Positions 1 through 9,188 of a stretch of 64,000 bases of DNA are shown here, one piece after another. The stretch spans positions 195,308 through 259,307 of IMG/VR virus record IMGVR_UViG_3300021255_004000; one strand, given 5' to 3'. The notes under the pieces are model-generated. The model was not told where the DNA came from. It saw only the letters and a program-made list of their open reading frames with translations, and did no database searches. A program made the position numbers and the translations under genes. Within the stretch, counting starts at the first letter, position 1; every line of letters begins with the position of its first letter. This DNA comes from a virus (taxonomy: Duplodnaviria > Caudoviricetes).

Positions 1-2
1 TT

Positions 3-119
3 CTTGGCGTTGTAACAACTTTAGTAACGACAGGAAAGGCACTTCAGGGTTTTGAAACAAAACACGATGACAAGCAGAAAGATGAAAAGGTCGAACCTGA
101 AGCAATAGAGGAGAAATAA
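3..119 (+). CDS. 3' end of a gene truncated by the window start
   Basis: Open frame LGVVTTLVTTGKALQGFETKHDDKQKDEKVEPEAIEEK* ending just before a hairpin terminator. Confidence 0.5.
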   Translation, partial: LGVVTTLVTTGKALQGFETKHDDKQKDEKVEPEAIEEK

Positions 120-121
120 TT

Positions 122-146
122 AAAGGCGGCAATTTGCCGCCTTATT
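122..146. terminator. bidirectional intrinsic terminator
   Basis: AAGGCGGCAA-T-TTGCCGCCTT hairpin between convergent genes. Confidence 0.75.
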
Positions 147-1199
147 TTATTTATTCTTTTTCTTAAACATTTGATATTCGGACCACCAACGATACCATTC
201 TTTGAACCGCTGTATAGGTGTTAATGGTCTCCAGCCACTTTGCATAATTTGATATAAGTCTTCACAAACAGGACAACGCTTTGCATTCTCAGGATGTGAC
301 TGATGCCATCCAGGTGTTATTACTTTTTCAAAATATTTTGGGTTGTCGCTGCTTGCATAGTACTCATCATCAACAAGCCAATTGTGTTTTGACTTACATC
401 TCCACCAATGTCCTTGTTCCTGATTGCTTCGATTGACTTCTTCCCAAGTACCGCGTACAAAAGGCTTTTCCCACATTTCATCAAATGATTTGTAAGTGCC
501 TTCAGGATAACCAAGTTGTTTAACTGCTGCTTCCCATTCTTCTTTGTTATAGAAAGTCAACATACTGTTTTCCCAATCTTCACAACTGGAATAGTCAATG
601 CCTTTGTAAGAAAAGTGGCGCATTACTTCAGGATCATCTTCAAACTTTCGAACATAGCCAATGTCAGGATTGCTTACCCACGAATAGTTGCAGGCTTTGC
701 ATTTCCAATCGTACATTTCAAGTTCTGGGTCCCAAATTGCTTTTGATACCAACTTTCTTTTGTTGATATATTTCCAGAGTTTCTTTGCTTCACGAGGATG
801 CAAATACTTTTCACATTTGTAAAACTCAACTTCTTTATTGCTTTTCGGACCAACATAAGTACAAATTGGAATAACGCCGTGTGGTGTCATAAATGACTCA
901 AACTTTATTTCACGAGTTACATAGCCAAAAAGACATTTGATACTGTAATGCTGACCTTCAATGTAAGGAACTTTTTGATTAACAATAAGATGTCGATCTT
1001 CTCCATACCAAATAAGAACATCAATAGTGCCATCTCTTAAAAGGCCACACTGAACAATGACATCTTTTTCAGAAAACATTTTGACTTGATGAATATGTTT
1101 GTTGCACCAAAAGTCAAAATGAAGCCATTCATTATCAACATAAAGTGATGGTTTATTCTTCATTGTTCTCTCCTGTAATTGACTTGTTATATTTTTCAA
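147..1199 (-). CDS. hypothetical protein (Cys/Trp-rich)
   Basis: 350 aa ORF with CxxC pairs; the true start may be the MKNKP Met after GGAGAG. Confidence 0.6.
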   Translation of the reverse strand: MKNITSQLQERTMKNKPSLYVDNEWLHFDFWCNKHIHQVKMFSEKDVIVQCGLLRDGTIDVLIWYGEDRHLIVNQKVPYIEGQHYSIKCLFGYVTREIKFESFMTPHGVIPICTYVGPKSNKEVEFYKCEKYLHPREAKKLWKYINKRKLVSKAIWDPELEMYDWKCKACNYSWVSNPDIGYVRKFEDDPEVMRHFSYKGIDYSSCEDWENSMLTFYNKEEWEAAVKQLGYPEGTYKSFDEMWEKPFVRGTWEEVNRSNQEQGHWWRCKSKHNWLVDDEYYASSDNPKYFEKVITPGWHQSHPENAKRCPVCEDLYQIMQSGWRPLTPIQRFKEWYRWWSEYQMFKKKNK

Positions 1200-1689
1200 T
1201 CCAAGGCTGCTTTACAATTTTAACACCCATCTTTTCAAGTACAGGATATGAAGAGTACAAGTCACTTTCCTGAATTACCCAACCTTCCTGCATCCAATAT
1301 GCAATAGTTTGAACAAAGTACTCACTTGCATAATGCTTAAGCAGCTGTTCAAATCTGTTCTTAAGATGTTGAGTGTACAACTTCCAAGGAAATACTGCAA
1401 CCATTGAAACACCTAAGTAAGGCGCTCTAAAAATCTTATTCCATTCGTCAACACATACATTACGAAAACTTTCATAAAGATCGTGATGTTTCCAGAATGC
1501 TTCAGGAACATAGCCTATTTCACAAATGTAATCATAGGCCTCAAGAAGTTCACCATAGGTGTTCTCATTCAAACCAATCAAAACACCAGTGATTCTTCTT
1601 CCTTCTTTTCGTGAGTTAACTAATACTGCATTAACGCGGTTGTGTAGCCCGCTTGGATTCTTATGTGCCATAACATGTGCGGGAATCAA
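1153..1689 (-). CDS. hypothetical protein
   Basis: 178 aa ORF in the co-directional cluster. Confidence 0.55.
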   Translation of the reverse strand: MIPAHVMAHKNPSGLHNRVNAVLVNSRKEGRRITGVLIGLNENTYGELLEAYDYICEIGYVPEAFWKHHDLYESFRNVCVDEWNKIFRAPYLGVSMVAVFPWKLYTQHLKNRFEQLLKHYASEYFVQTIAYWMQEGWVIQESDLYSSYPVLEKMGVKIVKQPWIEKYNKSITGENNEE

Positions 1690-1717
1690 GTTCCCGCTCT
1701 ATTCAAAAGCTTTGTGA

Positions 1718-2383
1718 TTACTTAGGCTGTTTCGGAATGGCCTCGCAATACTCCAAAGCATCAACTGGGGTTATTGCCATCTTTTGCAGTGCAGCGATAC
1801 CCATCGCGTGACTTGATAAATCCCAATAATGGTTAAGTACACGGTCAACAAATACTCTGCAATCTTCATTTTCATCAAGGTTCTGTTTGTTTCTGTTCTG
1901 AAATCTTTCCAGCAAGTCAGGCACTTTGACGCAAAAGATTGACATATGATTATTGAAGTAAGCAGGGTTTGGGTTGAAGGTACCAAGAAGTCCGACTCTT
2001 TCTTTGTACGGTCCGAGGTCAATCCCTGTCTCCTCTTCAAACTCGCGAATGGCGGCGTTCTTTCTAACCTCTTTAAGAGCGTCGTCATAACCTTCAAGCG
2101 GAAGATCTTTCATTTCAGAGTCTTCCACTGTACCGCAAGGGAACTCAATAGTTTTTGCTTCTGCACCCCAGCGTGTCTGTTCAACAAAAACGCAAACAGG
2201 ATTTTCTCTTGAACTTGCGTCTGCAGCTATCAACATACACCAGTCGTTACAATTCAAACCAACAGGCTTGAAGTTTGGAACATTGTCAAACTCCTTCTCT
2301 ACAACGGTAAAGACGGGTGTTTTCATTTTTGTAGTTTCTTTAGTCTTTTTTAGCATTTTTCGCATTCTCCAAAATTGTACCAA
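1718..2383 (-). CDS. Nudix hydrolase (ADP-ribose pyrophosphatase-like)
   Basis: EFPCGTVE...AAIREFEEETG Nudix box with an insertion; NPNPAY and LDENE motifs typical of NudF-type ADPRases; the start is probably downstream of the called Met. Confidence 0.8.
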   Translation of the reverse strand: MVQFWRMRKMLKKTKETTKMKTPVFTVVEKEFDNVPNFKPVGLNCNDWCMLIAADASSRENPVCVFVEQTRWGAEAKTIEFPCGTVEDSEMKDLPLEGYDDALKEVRKNAAIREFEEETGIDLGPYKERVGLLGTFNPNPAYFNNHMSIFCVKVPDLLERFQNRNKQNLDENEDCRVFVDRVLNHYWDLSSHAMGIAALQKMAITPVDALEYCEAIPKQPK

Positions 2384-2843
2384 GCAGTTTTACATCGTCA
2401 ATCTTTTTGAGGTCTTTTCCAACATCCTCAGTTGCAAGTAAACGAGCGCTTTCATATTTCTTATTGTACTTATAAGCTTCTATGTAATCTTGAACTGTTG
2501 GATATTCAAGAGCTTCATACTTTGTAATCATTTCTTGATTGTTTTTGATAAAGCTTTTTGCATCAAATACCATAGTTGCAAAAGCCAATGCAAATATAAA
2601 ACCAAACAAGCAAACAATGCATCTTATTGTGAAAAATGTCCAATACCAGAGATGCTGCCACCATTCATCTGCATAGCCCATTACTAATGCATCACGCAAC
2701 TTTCGAATGATTCCATCAGATTTTGTTTTATCTGACCAATAAACTCTTTCAAAAATGAAAGCAATCAAATGATGGATTCCAATCAACGCCAGACCAGGGA
2801 TAATCAGGAAACAAAAAACCCCGATAATCAAACTTGTATTCAT
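2340..2843 (-). CDS. hypothetical membrane protein
   Basis: Two hydrophobic segments; GAGG RBS. Confidence 0.6.
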   Translation of the reverse strand: MNTSLIIGVFCFLIIPGLALIGIHHLIAFIFERVYWSDKTKSDGIIRKLRDALVMGYADEWWQHLWYWTFFTIRCIVCLFGFIFALAFATMVFDAKSFIKNNQEMITKYEALEYPTVQDYIEAYKYNKKYESARLLATEDVGKDLKKIDDVKLLGTILENAKNAKKD

Positions 2844-2854
2844 TTAGCCACCTC

Positions 2855-3412
2855 TTAAAGTTTGTTGTACCAGTCCGCGTCGTCCAAGTACATTTCCATC
2901 AATTCAGATATTAACTTGTTGCGAACTTTTGAAGAACTTGCTTCCAAGAAATCTTTTCCAATGTACAATTCCTCGCAAGGAACAACTTTTACAAGGTCAT
3001 CTTTGCTGTTTCCGCGCTGGACAACCATCAGAGTTGCCATAAGGAGAATGTCTTCATAGCGGAACCAAGTTGGAAAGTTTTTGTAGGAGTCTTCGCCGAT
3101 GATAAGATATAATTCATCATTAGGATACTGTTCTTTGAAGTACTGAACTGTGTTGATTGTACGCCACTTGCTGTCTTTATCTTTTTCAAGGCTGTCAATT
3201 ACAATGTTTCCAGGCGCATTTGAAATCATCTTTGTAATGATTGCAACCTTTTCATCGAAAGTAAACAACTTTCTTGAGTCAGGTCGATAGTAATCACAAA
3301 TCGTTGGTACGATGATTACCTTGTCAAGTTTCTTTGCAGCTTCAACTGCGATTTTCAAATGTCCCTGGTGGAACGGGTCAAATGTACCACCAAAAATTCC
3401 AATCTTTGCCAT
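2855..3412 (-). CDS. nadD: nicotinate-nucleotide adenylyltransferase
   Basis: GIFGGTFDPFHQGH (HxGH), IIGEDS, SSSKVR motifs. Confidence 0.9.
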   Translation of the reverse strand: MAKIGIFGGTFDPFHQGHLKIAVEAAKKLDKVIIVPTICDYYRPDSRKLFTFDEKVAIITKMISNAPGNIVIDSLEKDKDSKWRTINTVQYFKEQYPNDELYLIIGEDSYKNFPTWFRYEDILLMATLMVVQRGNSKDDLVKVVPCEELYIGKDFLEASSSKVRNKLISELMEMYLDDADWYNKL

Positions 3413-3610
3413 TTACTTTGCTCCTTTTGGATATCTGAACAACCAATCAGCACCGCCATCCATAAAGATTGACATTGTGTCGATTTCAAATCCTCGTTTC
3501 TTTATTTCGTTGTATTCTTCTTCAGTCAAACGACCACGGTAAGAACCGTAGGCAGGATAATGTTCAACTGCATAAACCAACGCTTTTGTCAATTCATCTC
3601 GAAGTTTCAT
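3413..3610 (-). CDS. hypothetical protein
   Basis: 65 aa; GGAGG upstream; abuts nadD. Confidence 0.55.
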   Translation of the reverse strand: MKLRDELTKALVYAVEHYPAYGSYRGRLTEEEYNEIKKRGFEIDTMSIFMDGGADWLFRYPKGAK

Positions 3611-3625
3611 TATCCTGCCTCCGAC

Positions 3626-4933
3626 TTATTTCTCGTAAGTCATACGCCAGTCAATTTCCTTGTGCAGTCTTTCGATTGCTTCAGGATTGCGGCACATATT
3701 CTTTCCAGGTGCATCAGAAAGTTTTGCAACATCCAAGCCGTTTACGATTGCAACCTTGCATACGATATTCAAAGCTTCAATTCCCTGAGGACCTGACCAA
3801 TCAGTTCCGATACCGAATGCAACCTTTGCCTTGCCTTTGAAGTACTTATTGATTTCAGTTGCCTTCTGAAGATTGAGACCGTCACTGAACATCAGAGTTT
3901 TTGTAAGAGGGTCAATTCCCAAGCTCTTGTAATGGGCAATCATTTTGTCACCCCAAGCGTAAGGATCTCCAGAGTCGTGGCGTACACCGCTGAACAAAGT
4001 TGCAAATGTTTTGCGGAAGTCCTTCAAGAAAACATCTGTTCCGATTGTGTCAGTTAAGGCGATACCGTTCATTGTTCCGTATTCTTTAACCCAAGCATCA
4101 AGTGCGAACCAGTTGCTGTAAGCAGGGTTGTGGTAGAGGTGTCCCTGGCCGACTGTCATAATGAACTCGTGAGCCATTGTACCAACGGCGGTAACACCGT
4201 ACTTCATTGCAAGATACATATTTGATGTACCGATGAAGCCCTGGATAGGTCCGATTGCATTGTGCTTTTTCTCTTCGACAAGGCGGCCAATCAACCAATC
4301 CTGAAGTTCAAAAGAAACGCGGCGGCGGGCACCAAACTCTGAGAAGATGCCAGGTGCAAAAATGCCTTCGCGCATAAAGCGGAGCTTTTCTTCAGTCTTT
4401 TCTTTGAATTCTTTTGCAAGCTTTTCGTAATCATAGTGATTGCGGTAGTATGTTTCTGCGGCGATTTCGAGAACAGGAATTTCGTAATCTGAGATTTTCC
4501 ACTGAACACCTTTTGTGTGAATTGCGAGTCCTGAGATAGGATCATCACCGATTTCAAAGTCTTCAAAATGAGGCTTCCAATCGCGTTCAACTTCAATAAA
4601 GTTGTTGTGAATCCAAGGACGGGTTGCAGGATCTCCAAGGAAAGCGAGTTCCTCTTCTGTGTAACGAAGTGCGCAGTAAGCGCGGATCTGATTTGTAATT
4701 TCTTCACGGTCAGCAGCAGTGTACTTTTCGTGAGATGCAGCATCCCCGACATTGCGAGCCTTGAAGTCCCAAGTTGCGTGATCACCACTGAACTGATGCA
4801 AGTAAGCCTGTTTCATTGACTTCTTGTACTGATCTGTATCAAGCGGTGACTTGACCATAGGCGGATATTTCAAATTAAACGCCTTCATAACAACTGACTC
4901 ATCGTCAGTCAACTTACCATTGATTTCCCACAT
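3626..4933 (-). CDS. pncB: nicotinate phosphoribosyltransferase
   Basis: LDTDQYK, EFGARRR, GTSN, GTMAHE, ALTDT, GVRHDSGDP, FGIGT, KLSDAPGK motifs. Confidence 0.93.
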   Translation of the reverse strand: MWEINGKLTDDESVVMKAFNLKYPPMVKSPLDTDQYKKSMKQAYLHQFSGDHATWDFKARNVGDAASHEKYTAADREEITNQIRAYCALRYTEEELAFLGDPATRPWIHNNFIEVERDWKPHFEDFEIGDDPISGLAIHTKGVQWKISDYEIPVLEIAAETYYRNHYDYEKLAKEFKEKTEEKLRFMREGIFAPGIFSEFGARRRVSFELQDWLIGRLVEEKKHNAIGPIQGFIGTSNMYLAMKYGVTAVGTMAHEFIMTVGQGHLYHNPAYSNWFALDAWVKEYGTMNGIALTDTIGTDVFLKDFRKTFATLFSGVRHDSGDPYAWGDKMIAHYKSLGIDPLTKTLMFSDGLNLQKATEINKYFKGKAKVAFGIGTDWSGPQGIEALNIVCKVAIVNGLDVAKLSDAPGKNMCRNPEAIERLHKEIDWRMTYEK

Positions 4934-4950
4934 ATAGGAATACCTCCAAA

Positions 4951-5172
4951 TTATTTGTATCTTGGTTCGTTCATTACGAACAACTGTTTTCTAAATTGAT
5001 TTAAGACAACTTCTCTTGCTTCATCATTCAAGCCATAAAGCAATGAGCCTGCTTTTTTAGTGCACCAGTCATCAATAAAGTCTTCTTTTTCTTCAACGGA
5101 GTTTACAACATCGAGAAGTTCATCTCGATCTGAACCATTGTAATCTTCATCCCAATAGATGTAAAATTCCAT
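4951..5172 (-). CDS. hypothetical protein
   Basis: 73 aa; AGGAGG RBS. Confidence 0.6.
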   Translation of the reverse strand: MEFYIYWDEDYNGSDRDELLDVVNSVEEKEDFIDDWCTKKAGSLLYGLNDEAREVVLNQFRKQLFVMNEPRYK

Positions 5173-5183
5173 TTTAGGCCTCC

Positions 5184-5435
5184 TTAGAAAATTCTTATTG
5201 TTTTTGACAAGTCAAAAGCCAAAACTTCATTTCGAACTGAGTATGATGAACCATCCTGAGTATCAGCTTCTACAGAATAGTTTCCATAGCCTGCCTCGAT
5301 CATTTCATTCAAAAAGTCGCGCAATTCTGTTACAGTCAATTCAGACTTTTCAGAAACACCTGAAATGTTGTTTGCATATACTTTTTCATCACCTATTGTT
5401 TCATAAGTCCATTTTGATGTTTCTTTCTTCAACAT
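5184..5435 (-). CDS. hypothetical protein
   Basis: 83 aa; first gene after an early-type promoter; AGGAG RBS. Confidence 0.6.
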   Translation of the reverse strand: MLKKETSKWTYETIGDEKVYANNISGVSEKSELTVTELRDFLNEMIEAGYGNYSVEADTQDGSSYSVRNEVLAFDLSKTIRIF

Positions 5436-5469
5436 AATTTGCTCCTTTTGTTTAGGTTTTTACAAATAT

Positions 5470-5509
5470 AATATAAAAGAAAACTTGCGGGAGTTCAAAA
5501 ACTCCCGCA
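5470..5509 (-). promoter_or_regulatory. sigma70-like (class E) promoter overlapped by a terminator-like hairpin
   Basis: TTGAAC-17bp-TATATT; hairpin TGCGGGAGTT/AACTCCCGCA (5486-5509) just after the nadE stop. Confidence 0.8.
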
Positions 5510-5520
5510 TATTTTATGAA

Positions 5521-6267
5521 TTATTTTTCTGGGTCAAAAACATCGAAGACGACAAGTTTCTTTGCTGTGTTCGGGTGATTGTGCATTCTGTCAATCATTT
5601 GCTTTGTTTCAAAATCTTTAGGCGGAATTCCATAACGGATGTACCTGTCAAGTGTATCATAAGAAAAGCCCAGGTTGTCTTCGTCGGTTTTGCCGCACAT
5701 TCCATCAGAAGGAACTTTGTGAGTCCACTTCTCGCTGATGCCAAGGTAATCTCCCAAAGCGACAACTTCAGTTTTTGTCAACTTTGCAAGAGGAGAGAAG
5801 TCGCCAGTTGCATCGCCCCACTTTGTGCTGTAACCAACATAATCTTCAGAGAGGTTGCAAGTGTTTACAACGCGGCCATTAACCGCAGCAGCAATTCCAT
5901 ACAATGTTGCCATACGAAGGCGGGCAGGAGTGTTTGTAGTAAAAACTTTACATTCATTCAAGTCTTTACCAATGTTGATTGCATCGAACAGAGCGTTATA
6001 TGCAGTACCAATGTTTACTGTAATAGGCTCAACCCCAAACTCTTTACAAATGTCGATACTGTCCTGAATGTCTGCCTGTGTACCATTCGGCATAAGAACA
6101 GGAACAACACGATCTTTACCAAGGTATTTGATACCAAGCTTCAAGCAAACTGTGGAATCTTTTCCACCACTTACACCGATAACCATCGGCGAATCTTTTC
6201 CGTTTTTCTCAAACCAATCTTTGAACCACTTTTCAAGTTTAGGCTCAAAATCTTTAGGATCCAACAT
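5521..6267 (-). CDS. nadE: NH3-dependent NAD+ synthetase
   Basis: GVSGGKDS, NTPARLRMATLY, NLSEDYVGYSTKWGD, PSDGM...TDEDNLG; no glutaminase domain. Confidence 0.93.
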   Translation of the reverse strand: MLDPKDFEPKLEKWFKDWFEKNGKDSPMVIGVSGGKDSTVCLKLGIKYLGKDRVVPVLMPNGTQADIQDSIDICKEFGVEPITVNIGTAYNALFDAINIGKDLNECKVFTTNTPARLRMATLYGIAAAVNGRVVNTCNLSEDYVGYSTKWGDATGDFSPLAKLTKTEVVALGDYLGISEKWTHKVPSDGMCGKTDEDNLGFSYDTLDRYIRYGIPPKDFETKQMIDRMHNHPNTAKKLVVFDVFDPEK

Positions 6268-6471
6268 TTAATGACCTCCAAATCCAATCGTAGGGATTAC
6301 ATCATAGCATCTTACAATATAACCATTTTTGCGAAGTTCAGCAGCAACTGCAATCATTGCGTCTTCGTTTTCTGTAATGCCTTGACATACAGTGTTGCCG
6401 TCTTTATCACGAGCGACAACTCTGTACTTTGTTACTGCAATACTCATTAGCGAATGTTGCACTGGCAGCAT
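6268..6471 (-). CDS. hypothetical protein
   Basis: Small ORF coupled between pncA and nadE. Confidence 0.5.
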   Translation of the reverse strand: MLPVQHSLMSIAVTKYRVVARDKDGNTVCQGITENEDAMIAVAAELRKNGYIVRCYDVIPTIGFGGH

Positions 6472-6956
6472 TCCATAACTTTCAATGCAGCCTCGTGGCT
6501 CTCCTTTGTAAGTCCGGCGCAGCAGTCAGCAATAACTGTTACTTCAACGCCTTCGATTGCCTTAAGAGCAAGCGCATTACTGACAACGCAGATGTCGGTA
6601 CAAGTTCCGCAGATAACAACTTCATCGCCTTCTTTGACATATTCTGTCCAGTTGTCAAAACCGAAGTGAGTCTTGTCAATGAAGAGAGTGTTTTCATCAG
6701 TCTCTTCCATAAGTTCAGGAACAACCTGCCAGCCTTCAGTGTCTTTTACGCAGTGCTTTACAGGAAGATGCTTTCCTTCGCCTGTTTCCATATAATTTTC
6801 ACCGTGTGTATCACGAGTGAAAATGATGTTTGCTTTTTCAGCCTTTGCTGCCTGAACCTCTGCTTTAATGCGAGGAATGATTGCAACTGCATCTTTGTTT
6901 GCAAGAGCTCCTGTGCAGAAGTCATTCTGCATATCAACAACAACGAAATGTTTCAT
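6447..6956 (-). CDS. pncA: nicotinamidase (isochorismatase family)
   Basis: VVVDMQNDFCTGAL, TRDTH, HCV, GTCTDICV; located in the NAD gene cluster. Confidence 0.88.
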   Translation of the reverse strand: MKHFVVVDMQNDFCTGALANKDAVAIIPRIKAEVQAAKAEKANIIFTRDTHGENYMETGEGKHLPVKHCVKDTEGWQVVPELMEETDENTLFIDKTHFGFDNWTEYVKEGDEVVICGTCTDICVVSNALALKAIEGVEVTVIADCCAGLTKESHEAALKVMECCQCNIR

Positions 6957-7525
6957 TATTTACCTCCAATGATTTCATTCAGTGTTTTTGGTCCCCACTC
7001 CATAGCAGGGCACATAATACCAACATTGTACATTTTGACTTCGTGGCCGACAACATCTTCGTAATCTTTCTTCCACTTTTCAATCATATCACAGTCGTGC
7101 GGATTTGTATGCACGTGACCGTAAAGGTGAACAGTATGACCGTGATAAACACCATCGAACATAAAGATCGGATAGTGTGAAAGAATTACAGTGTTGCCTG
7201 CGTTGTCGATATGTTTGTGGTAACCTTCGTACACATCAACAAACTGTCTGCGAAGTTCTTCGTTCTTCCACAACTTATAGTCGTGGTTGCCTGTAACCCA
7301 ATGCTTTTTGCCGCGAAGGCGAGCAATCAAGCAGCGTGTTTCATAAGGATTTGTCCAAGAAATATCACCAAGAATCCAAACATCGTCTTCATCTGAAACG
7401 CGTTCATTCCAAATACGAATGATTGCTTCGTTCATTTCGTTAATGTCTTTCCAAGGACGATTGTCAAAATTGATTGCATTTGCGTGTGAGAGATGCAAAT
7501 CTGAAATATAAAACTCTTTACCCAT
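6956..7525 (-). CDS. calcineurin-like metallophosphoesterase
   Basis: SDLH, LGD, GNHD, SHYP, GHVH motifs. Confidence 0.88.
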   Translation of the reverse strand: MGKEFYISDLHLSHANAINFDNRPWKDINEMNEAIIRIWNERVSDEDDVWILGDISWTNPYETRCLIARLRGKKHWVTGNHDYKLWKNEELRRQFVDVYEGYHKHIDNAGNTVILSHYPIFMFDGVYHGHTVHLYGHVHTNPHDCDMIEKWKKDYEDVVGHEVKMYNVGIMCPAMEWGPKTLNEIIGGK

Positions 7526-7540
7526 AATTGTATATTAACC

Positions 7541-7816
7541 TCAGTACTCTTTCAGCTTTTCTTCCAATGCAGATTTTGCTTTCAATTCTTCAAAGTTGTC
7601 AGGTGTAATAACAACACAATGAATGCAGTGGTCAAAGCCTTCAACTTTCTTATCAAAGCAATGTCTGTTGCCTGACTTAATCTGCTTCTTTGTTACGAAA
7701 CAGCGATGTTTTTCGCAATAGCAGGCAAGGTTTTCTTTGTACCCAATCCCGTTGTTTAATGTCAACACATAATCTTTTTTGTATTCAGGATTAAACTTAA
7801 GATCGTTAAAGTCCAT
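7541..7816 (-). CDS. hypothetical protein (Cys/His-rich)
   Basis: 91 aa; AGGAGG RBS. Confidence 0.55.
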   Translation of the reverse strand: MDFNDLKFNPEYKKDYVLTLNNGIGYKENLACYCEKHRCFVTKKQIKSGNRHCFDKKVEGFDHCIHCVVITPDNFEELKAKSALEEKLKEY

Positions 7817-7818
7817 TT

Positions 7819-8280
7819 TTAGTCCTCCTTTATCAGATTGTAGCCGCCGTCAACCCAAGTAATGTTTCCATCAACTCTTGAAAGTCCCTGTGCGCCGTCA
7901 ATGTCATATACATAATCGACCAATTTGTCAAGGTCGAATGCATTTCTTGGAAAGTTGATGAAACCATATTCATCAGTAAGCTTTTCAACAATTTCGTTAT
8001 CAGAGAGATCAGAGAATGTATCACTGTCTTCGATACGGAAGTCGTTGATGTAAACCTCATCGAAGAAGTTGATTAAGCCGCCGTTGTCAGCAACAAACTT
8101 GTTCAAGCTTTCATCAGAGTAATCATTTTCAAAAAGCTCTCTGATATCTTTGCGAGCTGCTTCCTCAAGTTCGTCATCATCGTAGCATTTGTAAGTGTCC
8201 CCGTTGATAGTGAAAGTTGTATCATCGATCTGCTCGATGTCACCTTCATATTGATTCTTTAGGGCTTCAAGCTTATCCAT
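7819..8280 (-). CDS. highly acidic early protein
   Basis: About 42 D/E versus 13 K/R in 153 aa; first gene after a class E promoter. Confidence 0.65.
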   Translation of the reverse strand: MDKLEALKNQYEGDIEQIDDTTFTINGDTYKCYDDDELEEAARKDIRELFENDYSDESLNKFVADNGGLINFFDEVYINDFRIEDSDTFSDLSDNEIVEKLTDEYGFINFPRNAFDLDKLVDYVYDIDGAQGLSRVDGNITWVDGGYNLIKED

Positions 8281-8310
8281 AGTTTCCTCCTTTGAGTTTG
8301 TTACAGTAAT

Positions 8311-8339
8311 AATATAAAAGACTTTAACTCAAAGTTCAA
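8311..8339 (-). promoter_or_regulatory. class E promoter
   Basis: TTGAAC-17bp-TATATT. Confidence 0.8.
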
Positions 8340-8716
8340 TAAAAATCTGCAACTTCTTCAATTTCCCAAGTATTATCATCAATGTCAATTCTTATAATAA
8401 AATGCAACTTGTCAGTTGACATTTCATCTGTCAAATTATAATCATATACATAAGGTCGGCTGTCCCAATCAAGAAGGTACATACCTACACTGTAATCGTG
8501 AACATTTTCATCAGAGTTTTTATGGAAACGAGTAACGATTCGCCAGCATTTATCGCCAACTTTCCATTCATTTACGCCTCTGTAATTTATTACATCAAAA
8601 TGTGTCTCAAGATCACTGAATGAAATGTTTGCTCCAAGATAATTGTTGATTGCGGAAAAGATTGCTGACTCATCTACGGAACGCCATAAAGTGTTTGAAG
8701 GTATTTCGCCTTTCAT
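8336..8716 (-). CDS. hypothetical protein
   Basis: 126 aa; resembles its upstream neighbour. Confidence 0.55.
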   Translation of the reverse strand: MKGEIPSNTLWRSVDESAIFSAINNYLGANISFSDLETHFDVINYRGVNEWKVGDKCWRIVTRFHKNSDENVHDYSVGMYLLDWDSRPYVYDYNLTDEMSTDKLHFIIRIDIDDNTWEIEEVADFY

Positions 8717-9096
8717 TCAAAAAATCTCCAAGTGTCGTCATCATAAAGAACAATCAAAACATCACTTCTGTCAATAACACCTTCATTCTTAAGTCTTGTT
8801 TCCAATATGTCAGGAGCGTTTTCAGACTTATAAAGATTGAAGAAAGCGTGAAACCTGTTATCGGTTCCACCAAGTGACGTGACAACTATAACCCAAACAA
8901 AGTTTTCATCTTCACTCCAAAGTCGAAAAAGATAGCAACCGTTGTTGAAGAAGTTGGAAGCATTCTTTCCAAGTTCAATGGACTTACCAAGATAGTCACT
9001 AATTGCTGCTATCATAAGATTATACATTTTACTAGTCAAAGATGGACACCTCCTTTCCATCAAAGTATGTTGGGTCAATGTCGAGAACTTTTTCAA
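8713..9096 (-). CDS. hypothetical protein
   Basis: The true start is likely later (TTG after AGGAGG near 9040). Confidence 0.5.
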   Translation of the reverse strand: MKKFSTLTQHTLMERRCPSLTSKMYNLMIAAISDYLGKSIELGKNASNFFNNGCYLFRLWSEDENFVWVIVVTSLGGTDNRFHAFFNLYKSENAPDILETRLKNEGVIDRSDVLIVLYDDDTWRFFE

Positions 9097-9188
9097 ACCA
9101 CTCTTTGAAGCCTTTGTAAGATGGATTGTGGAAGTTGGTTCTCATCCAACATTTGATTCTTAATGTCAGACGTTCTTCGTCAGTCATA

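Noticed and set aside
5485-6450. 321-aa plus-strand ORF
   Set aside because: Antisense shadow of nadE and its neighbour; no motifs or RBS. The same applies to most short overlapping ORFs in the track.
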